From the NCBI GenBank assembly GCA_966211675.1, contig CBIHPK010000002.1, positions 8,209-72,208 of the forward strand: 64,000 nt of DNA, in the 5' to 3' direction. The notes beneath the pieces are model-generated. The model ran no database searches and had not been told where the DNA came from. It saw only the letters and a program-made list of their open reading frames with translations. Below are positions 1 to 10,361 of this stretch, piece after piece. The translations under genes and the position numbers were made by a program. This DNA is from an uncultured Myxococcaceae bacterium. GTDB lineage: Bacteria > Myxococcota_A > Polyangia > Polyangiales > Ga0077539. Within the stretch, counting starts at the first letter, position 1. Every line of letters starts with the position of its first letter.

Positions 1-357
1 AACGCCACCAAGTTCGGGATGCGTGGCTTCGCGCTCGCGCTGCGCGGCGACCTCGAGCCCCACGGCGTCGGGGTGAGCACCATCTTCCCGGGCTTCATCC
101 GCGACGCGGGGATGTTCCACGACACGAAGGTGGCGCTGCCCGCGGGCGCCGGCACCCGCAGCCCCGAGGACGTCGCCCGCGCCGTGATGCGCTGCGTGCG
201 CGACAACCACCCGGAGCTCAACGTCGCGGCCTTCGAGCAGGTGCTGGGCGCCGGGCTCTTCGCCGTCGCCCCGAGCATCGTCGCGGCCATCACCAGGGCG
301 AGCGGCGGCGAGCAGATCGCCGCGCAGATGTCCGCGGCGCAGAAGCACAAGCGCTGA
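1..357 (+). CDS. short-chain dehydrogenase/reductase (SDR), 3' part only; gene starts upstream of the window
   Basis: The frame is open from base 1 (NATKFGMRGF.., the K fits the SDR catalytic YxxxK) and runs into the listed 19..357 ORF. It has a typical SDR C-terminal segment (STIFPGFIRD..). Confidence 0.7.
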   Translation, partial: NATKFGMRGFALALRGDLEPHGVGVSTIFPGFIRDAGMFHDTKVALPAGAGTRSPEDVARAVMRCVRDNHPELNVAAFEQVLGAGLFAVAPSIVAAITRASGGEQIAAQMSAAQKHKR

Positions 358-384
358 GTCGGAGAGAGGGGGGAAGGGCGGCGC

Positions 385-3300
385 TCAGAAGAGCGACGGC
401 CCGTAGGCCCGGCACGAGTTGTCCACCGGCGTCACGATCTGGCTCGGCGCGGCGGCGACGCTCCCGACCGTGCCCCGGTGAATGCGCTGGTCGTCGCTGC
501 AAAGGAACTCCCCGGACCAGTCCGGGTCGCCCACCCACGCGTCGGCGTAGCCGTCGCGGTTGAGGTCCCCGAGGCGGGCGACTCCCCGTCCGTAGCCCGT
601 GGTCCCGCTCCCGGTGAGGGCCACCGCGCGCGTCCCGATGCCCGCGGCGCTGCCGAAGCGCACCGCCGCCAGACTGCCCTGGTAGCTGTAGAGCAGGTCG
701 CCGAAGCCGTCGCCGTCGAGGTCCCCGGCGCCCGCGACCCACACCCCGTAGGCCGATACCGACGCGCGGAAGGTCGTCGAATACGTGCTGGAGTAACCGT
801 TGACGCCGCCGTGGTGCACGAAGACGTTGAGCGCCGGGGCGGAGAGCCCGACGCTGTTGGCGTGCACGAGGTCGGCGTAGCCGTCGTTGTTGACGTCCCA
901 CGCCGCGTCGAAGTCCGTGAGCGACGTCACCGGGATGCTCGTCCCCACGGTGGCCGAGCCGTCGTAGTAGACCGAGAGGGCGTTGTCCGAGCCCACCGCG
1001 ACGTCGGAGAGGTCGTTGTTGTTGCTGGTCCCGAGCCCCCGCACGCGGCGGCCGAAGTTGGTCTCCGTGGAGGTGTAGATCCGGTACGGGGTGCCGATGG
1101 GCCCGCCCCCCGAGCCGCGGAAGACATAGGCCCGCGAGGCGCACGCGGCGCCGTTCCAGCACGCGCCCACGATCACGTCGCCGTAGCCGTCGCCGTCGAC
1201 GTCGCCCGCCCAGGAGACGGACCCCCCGAAGCCCGCGATGCCGCTCACGCCCAGGGTGGCCCAGCTGCCCACCACCAGGCCCGCCGCGGATCCGCGGTAG
1301 AGCCTCGCGCTGCTGGCGCCCGGCAGCCCCACGATCACGTCGCCGAAGCCGTCGCCGTCGACGTCCCCGGCGGCCTCGATGGACCTTCCGAAGGCGCTTC
1401 CCACCGGGCCGGTCAGCGTCTGCGAGGCGGTGCTGGGGAAGCCCGCGAGCGCGCCGAAGTACACGTAGGCCGTGTCCGCGCGGTCGCTGCCGACCACGAG
1501 GTCCATGAAGCCGTCGCCGTTGACGTCGTTGAAGGTGCCGAAGGAGCCCGCCCGGCCGGTGGTGGCGACCCGCGGGACCACCACCTCCCAGACCGGCGAG
1601 TACGTGAAGCCCACGTTGCTGCCGATGCGCCCCGCGAGACGCCAGTACCAGACGCCCGGGGCGAGGTCGGCCGCGGGGGTCCAGCTGGAGGCGGTGACGT
1701 CCGCGGACTGCGACACCGTGGCGCAGGAGCGGGCCACGCAGAGCTGCACGCGAGCGTCGGTGATGCCCGAGGCGTTCACCCAGCGGAACACCGGCCGACG
1801 CGTCGTCGACTGCGCCACCGAGAGCGGCGACACGAGCCGCGGCGCAGGGATCGCCACGCACCCGCGCCCGTTGAAGAAGTAGCCCGCGTTGCAGACGTAG
1901 CCGCAGGTGGCCGAGGCGCAGGTCGCGGTGGCGTTGGCCGGAGCGACGCACGCGTTGCCGCAGGCGCCGCAGTGCAGCACTGACGCGCTGGTGTCGACCT
2001 CGCAGCCGTTGCCCGCGAGGCCGTCGCAGTCGCCGTAGCCTGCGTTGCACGAGCCGACGCCGCAGAGGCCGCCGGTGCAGACCGGCGAGGCGTTGGCGGG
2101 AGCGCAGGTCGACCCGCAGCCGCCGCAGTGGGCCACGGTGACGCGGGTGTCGGTCTCGCAGCCGTTGGCCGCGTTGCCGTCGCAGTTGCCGTAACCCGCG
2201 TTGCAGGCGCCCAGCGAGCAGGCCGCCGCGCGGCAGACGCCGGACGCGTTGGCGTAGGCGCAGGCCCGCGCGCAGGCGCCGCAGTTGGCCGCGTCGGTCT
2301 GCAGGTCGACGCACACGTTGGAGCAGTTGGCGAGCGTCCCGCAGTCGCGGGTGCACGCGCCCGCCGCGCAGAAGAACCCGCTCCCGCACGCCCTCCCGCA
2401 GGCCCCGCAGTGCGAGGCGTTGGTGGCGAGGTTGGCCTCGCAGCCGTTGCTCGCGACGGCGTCGCAGTTGCCGTAGCCTGCGGTGCAGGCGCCCACCGCG
2501 CAGGCCCCGCCCGAGCAGACCGGCGTGGCGTTGGCGAGGCTGCACGCCCGGCCGCACCCGCCGCAGTGCGCCAGCGTGGTGCCGGTGTTCACCTCGCAGC
2601 CGTTGCTGGCGAGGCCGTCGCAGTTGCCGTAGCCCGCCGAGCAGGTGATGCCGCAGGTGCCGCCGCTGCAGGTGGCGGTGCCGTTGGTGGAGGCGCAGGC
2701 GTTGCCGCAGGCGCCGCAGTGGCGCACGTCGCTGCGCTGGTCGACCTCGCAGCCGTTGCTGGCGAGGCCGTCGCAGTTGCCGAAGCCCGCGGTGCAGCTC
2801 GCCACGGCGCAGGCCGAGCCCACGCAGGCGGGCGTGGCGTTGGGGAGGGAGCAGGCGAGGGTGCACGAGCCGCAGGAGGTGACGGTGCTGCGGAGGTCCG
2901 TCTCGCAGCCGTTGGCGGCGCTGCCGTCGCAGTTGCCGTAGCCCGCGGCGCAGGTGATGCCGCACGCGCCCGCGGCGCAGGTGGCGGTGCCGTGGGTGGC
3001 GTTGCAGGCGCCGCCGCAGCCGCCGCAGTTGGCGGGGCTGGTGTTGAGGTTGCTCTCGCAGCCGTTGGCCGCGTTGCCGTCGCAGTCGCCGAATCCGGCC
3101 GCGCAGCGGAACGAGCACGCCCCCCTCGCGCAGGTGGCCGTCGCGTTGGCCGCTCCCGGGCAGGCGACCCCGCAGGCGCCGCAGTTGGAGGCGCTGGTCT
3201 GCGTGTCGACGCACTGCCCGCTGCAGAAGGTCGTCCCGGCGCCGCAGACCGAGCCGCAGGCCCCGGCGCTGCACACGAAGCCCGCGCCGCAGGCGTTGTT

Positions 3301-5664
3301 GCAGCGGCCGCAGTGGGCGTTGGCGCTGGTGAGCAGGGTCTCGCACCCGTTGGCGAGGTTGCCGTCGCAGTTGCCGTAGGAGGCGTTGCAGGTGATGCCG
3401 CAGGCGCCCGCGGCGCAGGTGGCGGCGCCGTTGACCGCCCCGCACGCGGCGCCGCAGCGGCCGCAGTGGGCGGGGGTGCGGGAGAGGTCGACCTCGCAGC
3501 CGTTGGAGGGGTCGCCGTCGCAGTCGCCGTAGCCGGCGTTGCACGAGGCGATGATGCAGCTCCCGCTGGCGCAGGCGGCCGTCGCGTTGGCCAGCACGCA
3601 CACTCGCCCGCAGGCTCCGCAGTGGAGCACGCTGGTGCCGAGCACCACCTCGCAGCCGTCGGCGGGCATGGCGTTGCAGTCCGCGGTGCCGGCGTTGCAG
3701 CTGCCGACCACGCATCGCCCGGCGGAGCAGGCCGCGGTGGCGCCCGGCAGCGCGCACGCCCGTCCGCACGCGCCGCAGTGGGCGGTGCTGCTGGTGGTGG
3801 CCGTCTCGCAGCCGTTTCCGAGGTTGCCGTCGCAGTCGCCGAAGCCCGCGGCGCAGGAGAGCCGGCACGCGCCCGCGGCGCAGGAGGGCGTGGCGTTGGC
3901 GGTGCTGCACGCCGCCCCGCAGCGGCCGCAGCTCGACGGGCTGGTGAGGAGGCTGGTCTCGCATCCGTTGACGGGGTTGCCGTCGCAGTCGGCGTAGCCC
4001 GCGTTGCAGCGCACCACGGCGCAGCGGCCCGCGCCGCAGGAGGACTCCGCGTTGGGCAGCGAGCACCCGGCGCCGCACGCGCCGCAGTGGGCGGCGGTGG
4101 TGAGCAGGTCGGTCTCGCAGCCGTTGGCGGCGTTGCCGTCGCAGTCGCCGAGCGTGGAGGGCATGCAGACGCGGGTGGACTCGCAGCGCCCCGCGGCGCA
4201 GCGAGCGCCCGCCCCGGGGATGGCGCAGCGCGAGCCGCAGGCGCCGCAGTGCAGGGTGTTGGTGTCGAGGTTGGTCTCGCAGCCGTTGGCCGGGTCGCCG
4301 TCGCAGTCGCCGAAGCCGGCGTTGCAGCGAGCGAGGGTGCAGCGCCCGGCGGCGCAGCCCGCGACCCCGTTGGCGATGGAGCAGGCGCTGCCGCAGGCGC
4401 CGCAGTGCGCCGGGGTGGTGGCGAGCTCGACCTCGCAGCCGTTGGCCGGGTCGCCGTCGCAGTCGGCGTAGCCCGCGTTGCAGGTGAAGCCGCAGCGGGC
4501 GTCGGCGCAGGTGGCGGAGGCGTTCGGCCTCGCGGGGCAGGCGTTGCCGCAGGCGCCGCAGTGCGCCGGGGCGATGGCGAGGTCGACCTCGCAGCCGTTG
4601 CCGTCGGAGCCGTCGCAGTTGCCGAAGCCCGCGGCGCAGACCACGGCGCAGCGGCCGCTCATGCAGGCGGGCGTGGCGTTGGGGGCCGAGGGGCAGGCGT
4701 TGCCGCAGGCGCCGCAGTGGGTCGAGGCGGAGCGCACGTCGGTCTCGCAGCCGTTGCTGGCGACGCCGTCGCAGTCGCCGACCAGGGCGGCGTCCTCGCA
4801 GCGCAGCGCGCAGGCGCCCGCCACGCAGGCCGCCGCCCCGCGCGGACCGGACCCGCAGCGGTTGTCGCACGCTCCGCAGTGGCCGGGGTCCGTCGCTCGG
4901 TCGACGCAGGTGTCGCCGCAGCGGTCGGGGGTCGCTCCCTGGCAGGCGACGGCGCAGGAGGCGCGCGGCGCCCCTTCGACGACGGTCACGGTGCAGAGCG
5001 GGCTCTCCCCGGCGCAGCGGGTGTCGCAGGCGCCGCAGTGGTCGGGCCGGGAGAGGTCCGCCTCGCAGCCGTTGGCCGGGTCGCCGTCGCAGTCGGCGAA
5101 GCCCGGCTCGCAGGTGAAGGCGCACCCGCTGGCGGCGCAGCGGGCGACGCCGTGCGAGGGGGCGGGGCACACGGTCGCGCAGCCGCCGCAGTGGAGGGGC
5201 GATCGTAGGTCGGTCTCGCAGCCGTCGGAGGGGTCGCCGTCGCAGTCGGCGCGGCCGGCCTCGCAGACCAGCACGCAGGCGTTGCGGACGCAGGTCATGA
5301 AGGGGTTGATGACCTGGCAGTCGTAGGGCTGCAGGCAGGGCGGTCGGCACTCTCCGTCGCGGGTGCAGATCTGCCCCGCGGCGCAGTCGCTCGCGTAGTT
5401 GCAGGCCCTGGGCGCGCCCATGGGGATGCAGCCGCGCACGCCCGCGCGCTCCTGGCAGAGCTGCCCCATGGGGCAGTCGGTGCTGGTGCGGCAGGCGACC
5501 CGGCAGTAGACCCCGAGGCAGAGGTTGCCGTCGGCGCAGTCGGAGTCGTAGCGGCACTGGCCCTCCGGGGGGGAGGGCGCGGTACAGCCCAGCGCCAGCA
5601 GCGCCGAGAGCAGCGCGAGCGCAAGGAGACGGACACCGGCGACGGGGCGAGCGAGATCCACCAT
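385..5664 (-). CDS. giant secreted lipoprotein: Cys-rich tandem-module region plus C-terminal FG-GAP-type beta-propeller
   Basis: 1759-aa ORF with lipobox LLALGC at the N-terminus. I count about 19 modules ending in CDG-x3-NGCE (e.g. HCGACGNACPSAPNATPACMSGRCAVVCAAGFGNCDGSDGNGCEVDL). The last ~400 aa carry six to seven GD(V/L)DGDG(F/Y)GD(V/L) FG-GAP calcium-loop repeats. Confidence 0.9.
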   Translation of the reverse strand: MVDLARPVAGVRLLALALLSALLALGCTAPSPPEGQCRYDSDCADGNLCLGVYCRVACRTSTDCPMGQLCQERAGVRGCIPMGAPRACNYASDCAAGQICTRDGECRPPCLQPYDCQVINPFMTCVRNACVLVCEAGRADCDGDPSDGCETDLRSPLHCGGCATVCPAPSHGVARCAASGCAFTCEPGFADCDGDPANGCEADLSRPDHCGACDTRCAGESPLCTVTVVEGAPRASCAVACQGATPDRCGDTCVDRATDPGHCGACDNRCGSGPRGAAACVAGACALRCEDAALVGDCDGVASNGCETDVRSASTHCGACGNACPSAPNATPACMSGRCAVVCAAGFGNCDGSDGNGCEVDLAIAPAHCGACGNACPARPNASATCADARCGFTCNAGYADCDGDPANGCEVELATTPAHCGACGSACSIANGVAGCAAGRCTLARCNAGFGDCDGDPANGCETNLDTNTLHCGACGSRCAIPGAGARCAAGRCESTRVCMPSTLGDCDGNAANGCETDLLTTAAHCGACGAGCSLPNAESSCGAGRCAVVRCNAGYADCDGNPVNGCETSLLTSPSSCGRCGAACSTANATPSCAAGACRLSCAAGFGDCDGNLGNGCETATTSSTAHCGACGRACALPGATAACSAGRCVVGSCNAGTADCNAMPADGCEVVLGTSVLHCGACGRVCVLANATAACASGSCIIASCNAGYGDCDGDPSNGCEVDLSRTPAHCGRCGAACGAVNGAATCAAGACGITCNASYGNCDGNLANGCETLLTSANAHCGRCNNACGAGFVCSAGACGSVCGAGTTFCSGQCVDTQTSASNCGACGVACPGAANATATCARGACSFRCAAGFGDCDGNAANGCESNLNTSPANCGGCGGACNATHGTATCAAGACGITCAAGYGNCDGSAANGCETDLRSTVTSCGSCTLACSLPNATPACVGSACAVASCTAGFGNCDGLASNGCEVDQRSDVRHCGACGNACASTNGTATCSGGTCGITCSAGYGNCDGLASNGCEVNTGTTLAHCGGCGRACSLANATPVCSGGACAVGACTAGYGNCDAVASNGCEANLATNASHCGACGRACGSGFFCAAGACTRDCGTLANCSNVCVDLQTDAANCGACARACAYANASGVCRAAACSLGACNAGYGNCDGNAANGCETDTRVTVAHCGGCGSTCAPANASPVCTGGLCGVGSCNAGYGDCDGLAGNGCEVDTSASVLHCGACGNACVAPANATATCASATCGYVCNAGYFFNGRGCVAIPAPRLVSPLSVAQSTTRRPVFRWVNASGITDARVQLCVARSCATVSQSADVTASSWTPAADLAPGVWYWRLAGRIGSNVGFTYSPVWEVVVPRVATTGRAGSFGTFNDVNGDGFMDLVVGSDRADTAYVYFGALAGFPSTASQTLTGPVGSAFGRSIEAAGDVDGDGFGDVIVGLPGASSARLYRGSAAGLVVGSWATLGVSGIAGFGGSVSWAGDVDGDGYGDVIVGACWNGAACASRAYVFRGSGGGPIGTPYRIYTSTETNFGRRVRGLGTSNNNDLSDVAVGSDNALSVYYDGSATVGTSIPVTSLTDFDAAWDVNNDGYADLVHANSVGLSAPALNVFVHHGGVNGYSSTYSTTFRASVSAYGVWVAGAGDLDGDGFGDLLYSYQGSLAAVRFGSAAGIGTRAVALTGSGTTGYGRGVARLGDLNRDGYADAWVGDPDWSGEFLCSDDQRIHRGTVGSVAAAPSQIVTPVDNSCRAYGPSLF
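1900..5270. repeat. in-frame tandem array of ~155-nt (~52-aa, eight-cysteine) coding modules inside CDS 385..5664
   Basis: The protein-level periodicity (HCGxCG..C..NA[ST]..C..G.C...C.AG.G.CDG...NGCE) is repeated about 19 times with a few variant modules. The repeat also produces very long shadow ORFs on both strands. Confidence 0.8.
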
Positions 5665-5723
5665 GGGCGCCCGGTTAGCGCAGGACGGCGGAAACGTCCA
5701 TGCGAGGGGACCAGAGGGGGCTC

Positions 5724-6953
5724 TCAGCCCGTCGACTTCGACTCCCAGCGGTCGAGCACCGTCGCCACGGCCATGTCGCTGAGCACGTTGGTCGCCGCGC
5801 GCCCTCGTCCCACCAGCCAGTCGATGGGCAGGAGCAGCGGAACCACCGCGATCACCGTGGCGTCCGAGACGCCCGCGGCGCCGAGCACCAGCGGCAGGGT
5901 GATGAGCCCCGCCTCCGGAACCCCAGCGATCCCGATGCCCGCCATCACCGACGAGAGGGCCACGGTCACCTGCTGCGAGAGCGAGAGGTGCGTCCCCAGC
6001 GCCTGCGTGACGAAGATCGCCGCGGCCGCCTCGTAGAGGATGATCCCGTCGTGGTTGAGGTTGGTGCCCACGCAGGCGGCGAGGCGCGCGGAGGCGGGGG
6101 AGACCTTCAGCTTGTCCTGCAGGCAGCGCAGGGTGACCGGCAGCGTCGCGAGGCTCGACCCGCAGGAGAGGGCCGTGAGCGCGGCGTCCGCGGCGCCCGC
6201 GAAGAAGGCCAGCGGGGAGCGCCTCGCGGCGACGGTGACCAGCACGCCGTACCAGACCACGGCCTGCAGGAAGAGCCCGAGCAGCACCGTCGCGAGGAAG
6301 GGCCCCAGCGCCGCGAAGACGCTCACGCCGGTGCGCGAGACCACGCTCGCCACCACGCCGAAGACCGCGAAGGGCACGAGCTTCACCACGCCGTGGAGCA
6401 CGCCGCTGAAGAGCGCGAGGCCCCCGTGGGCGAAGGACTCCCAGGTGGCGATGGCGGAGCCGAGGGCGGGGTCGGCGGCGCGCTTGAGCGAGCGCAGCGC
6501 CACGCCGAGCGCGACCGCGATGAGCACCGCGGAGATGACCTGGTTCTTCAGGAAGGGCTCGACGACGCTCTCGGGGATCATTCGCCCCAGGTTGGTCAGC
6601 GGGTCGAGCGTGGGCGCGGCGCCCTCGTGAGGACGCGCCGTGGCGGCGGCGTGCGCGGGGCCGAGCAGCTCCGTGAGGTGGCCCTGCCAGCGGGCTCCGG
6701 CGTTGAGGGTGTGCGAGACGCCGAGCCCGAGCACGATCGCCACGAGGGCGTTGAGGGTGGAGAGCCCGAAGAGCCGCGCGGCCTGTCGCCCGGGGATCTC
6801 CGTGCGAGCGAAGGCGTCGAGCACCGCGAAGAGGATGAGGGGTGTCGCCAGCGCCTTGAGCACCCGGATCACCAGCATCCCCACGTCGCCCAGCACCGCC
6901 GCGCGGGGGCCGAGCAACCAGGCCGCGGCGACGCCGAGCACCACCGCCACCAC
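5724..6953 (-). CDS. dicarboxylate/amino acid:cation symporter (DAACS / GltP-type)
   Basis: Family motifs are present: LSCGSSLATLPVT (SSSxATLP-type), NLNHDGIILYEAAAAIF, GVPEAGLITLPLVL and PIDWLVGRGRAATNVLSDM. The Arg-rich first ~120 codons of the listed ORF overlap the acyl-CoA dehydrogenase gene and are rejected. Start is placed at GTG 6953 and is uncertain. Confidence 0.8.
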   Translation of the reverse strand: MVAVVLGVAAAWLLGPRAAVLGDVGMLVIRVLKALATPLILFAVLDAFARTEIPGRQAARLFGLSTLNALVAIVLGLGVSHTLNAGARWQGHLTELLGPAHAAATARPHEGAAPTLDPLTNLGRMIPESVVEPFLKNQVISAVLIAVALGVALRSLKRAADPALGSAIATWESFAHGGLALFSGVLHGVVKLVPFAVFGVVASVVSRTGVSVFAALGPFLATVLLGLFLQAVVWYGVLVTVAARRSPLAFFAGAADAALTALSCGSSLATLPVTLRCLQDKLKVSPASARLAACVGTNLNHDGIILYEAAAAIFVTQALGTHLSLSQQVTVALSSVMAGIGIAGVPEAGLITLPLVLGAAGVSDATVIAVVPLLLPIDWLVGRGRAATNVLSDMAVATVLDRWESKSTG

Positions 6954-6997
6954 GATGCGCGCCGAGAGCGGGAAGCGCCCCCCGGCGGTCGCCCCGC

Positions 6998-8218
<1,221 letters not shown>

Positions 8219-8271
8219 GGCCGCGATAGTGGTCGAGGGCGACGGTGCCTGTCACGCCCGCTGATCGGCGA

Positions 8272-10230
8272 TCAGCGACGACGGCGGCGCAGCCCGACGA
8301 TCGCCGCCGCGGCCAGCAGCGCCCACCCCTTCGAGGGCGCGGGGCCTCCGGGCGTCCGGCACCCGCAGTTGGGGTCCGTCGAGTCGATGAAGAGGTCCGC
8401 GTCCATCGTCCCGGTGTCGGTCACCGCCGGGGCGTCCAGCCTCGGGACGTCCGCGCGGGCGTCGGCGACCTGCGCGTCGCGCACCGAGGCGTCGACCACC
8501 CCGGCGTCCATCCGAGGGGCGCGCACGCACTGACCCGCGTTGCAGAGCGAGTCGCTCGGGCAGGTGACGTTGGCGCAGAGGTCCGCCACGCAGCGGCCCG
8601 AGTCCGAGGCGCAGCGCGACCCGAGCGGGCAGGTCACCCCCGCGCAGTGGGACACGCAGCGCGGCAGCGCCCCGCTGCAGTCGAGGGTCGCGCCCGCGCC
8701 GCAGGTGAGCGCGTCGCAGCCCGCCGCGCCGCAGCGCCCGCTGCTCGCGGAGCACACCGTCTCCCCGGTGCACGCGACGCAGGGGCAGTTGGCCACGCAT
8801 CGCCCCGCCTCGCAGTGCTGCTGACCCGGGCACATCACCCCGGAGCAGGCGTCGATGCACGCTCCGCCCCGGCAGACCTGGCCCAGGGGGCAGCGCGCCC
8901 CGGCGCACGGGTCCTGGCAGCCGGTGGGGCCGCACACCTGGCCGGCGGGGCACACGACGCTGGCGCAGGGCGTGGGGAGGCAGTAGGTGACGCCCCCGTC
9001 GGCGTTGACGCAGGTCTGCCCCGTGGGGCACGCGCCCTCCACGCACTGCGGCGCGCAGAGGCCGCTCACGCAGGTGGTGTTGGACGGACACCCGGCGGAG
9101 ACCCCGTCGCAGTTGACGTCGCGCCTCGTGGCGCAGGTCTCGATGGCGGCGGGGTTCACCGCCGGGTCGCGGTCGTTGCAGTCGTTGCCGCCGCAGTTGG
9201 CGTCGCGGAAGCCGTCGGCGTCGGCGTCGGGGCAGATGCCGGTGTCGTCCTCGTTGAGCCCCGCGACCGCGTCGAGCTCCGCGTCGAAGGACCAGAACGA
9301 GCACGCCGGGCTGGGGTTTCCGTTGTTGCCGGCGATCAGCGACGCGTAGCGGAAGGTGAGCCCGCAGGGCAGCGAGAAGACCTGCACGATGCCGTCGCGC
9401 TGCGTGGGGTTGGAGAGGTTGGGGTTGAGCCCGGGGCCCACGGCCTCGCCGCCGGTGGCCGCGTCGGGGATCCACCCCTGGAGGAAGGCGCGGGTGAGCA
9501 CCGCGGGGTTCCATCGGGCGCCGTCGGGGTGGCCGGGGGTGGCGATCTCCGTGGCGTCGGGGTCGTTGGAGAGCCACACGCTGTACTCGAAGGACTCGCA
9601 CGGCAGCGGCGCGTGGTCGGTGTAGGGGAAGACCGCGACCCGGTTGCCTTCGCCGCCGAGGTCGAAGATCGCGCCGTCCTGCGGGAGGAAGCGCGCCTGC
9701 TCGCCGTCGCACACCCGCTCGCCGTCCGTGTGACCGGGCACCCCTGCGTAGAAGCGATCGATCTCGCCGATGTAGCAGTCGAGGTTGTTGAAGGTGTCTT
9801 CGTAGGTGTGGTTCCAGCCGAAGTGGTACTCGGCGTCGGTGGCGAAGGCCGGTCGGGGACCTCCAGCGGGAGCGCAGTACCCGTCGGGCGCGCCGCTGCC
9901 GGAGAAGAGCCAGCCCGACCCGCCGTAGCCGCGGTTGACCGCGCGCTGGATGTCCGACGAGGAGGTCGACACGCCGCGGATGAGCCGGGCGAAGCGCAGC
10001 CGCCTCGCGTCGCGCCCGTCGCTGGTCTGGAACACCCCGTCCCTCCGCTCCGCCACCGGCAGCGAGTCGAAGCAGGCCGTGCCGTTGTTGACGCACTGGC
10101 CGCAGGCCGCGTTCGGGGCGGCGCTGCTGCACGAGGTGCAGGTGCCCATCACCGGCTGCGCGCTCGCCACCGCGGACCCGAGAAGCGCGCACCCCAACAC
10201 CGCCGCCCACGAAGCCTTCCGCCACCGCAT
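8272..10230 (-). CDS. secreted Cys-rich protein with MopE-like putative metal-binding motif and MYXO-CTERM sorting tail
   Basis: Signal peptide MRWRKASWAAVLGCALLGSAVASA (start moved to ATG 10230). A DADADGFRDANCGGNDCNDRDPAVNPAAIETC..VNCDG motif is present. About 10 C..(V/A)xCPxGQxC repeats follow. The C-terminus NCGCRTPGG..WALLAAAAIVGLRRRRR fits MYXO-CTERM. Confidence 0.85.
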   Translation of the reverse strand: MRWRKASWAAVLGCALLGSAVASAQPVMGTCTSCSSAAPNAACGQCVNNGTACFDSLPVAERRDGVFQTSDGRDARRLRFARLIRGVSTSSSDIQRAVNRGYGGSGWLFSGSGAPDGYCAPAGGPRPAFATDAEYHFGWNHTYEDTFNNLDCYIGEIDRFYAGVPGHTDGERVCDGEQARFLPQDGAIFDLGGEGNRVAVFPYTDHAPLPCESFEYSVWLSNDPDATEIATPGHPDGARWNPAVLTRAFLQGWIPDAATGGEAVGPGLNPNLSNPTQRDGIVQVFSLPCGLTFRYASLIAGNNGNPSPACSFWSFDAELDAVAGLNEDDTGICPDADADGFRDANCGGNDCNDRDPAVNPAAIETCATRRDVNCDGVSAGCPSNTTCVSGLCAPQCVEGACPTGQTCVNADGGVTYCLPTPCASVVCPAGQVCGPTGCQDPCAGARCPLGQVCRGGACIDACSGVMCPGQQHCEAGRCVANCPCVACTGETVCSASSGRCGAAGCDALTCGAGATLDCSGALPRCVSHCAGVTCPLGSRCASDSGRCVADLCANVTCPSDSLCNAGQCVRAPRMDAGVVDASVRDAQVADARADVPRLDAPAVTDTGTMDADLFIDSTDPNCGCRTPGGPAPSKGWALLAAAAIVGLRRRRR

Positions 10231-10361
10231 GGCCGGTACGCTCACACGCGCTCACGAGGCGTGGCAAGGCGTGGCCCGGCGTGCGGCCCCGACTCCGCCG
10301 GGCGGAGCCTTGACCCGACCGCCGCTCCCCCGCTCTCATCCGCGGCAGACCTTTGACCCCC

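Noticed and set aside
290-5557. Very long alternative-frame ORFs over the giant gene (290..5557 minus, 1755 aa; 2128..5208 plus, 1026 aa; 478..1983 plus; several 140-280-aa plus-strand ORFs).
   Set aside because: Their translations are monotonous Arg/Leu/Gly/Ala/Pro strings with no motifs. They overlap a frame with a clear signal peptide, modular Cys repeats and FG-GAP repeats. High GC plus tandem repetition removes stop codons in the other frames.
8260-8276. The hairpin GCTGATC-GGC-GATCAGC at the stop codon of the MYXO-CTERM gene, as a terminator.
   Set aside because: It is a real palindrome, but it is short, includes the stop codon, lacks a U-tract and sits only ~45 nt from the next gene start. 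Read-through into the acyl-CoA dehydrogenase gene is equally plausible.
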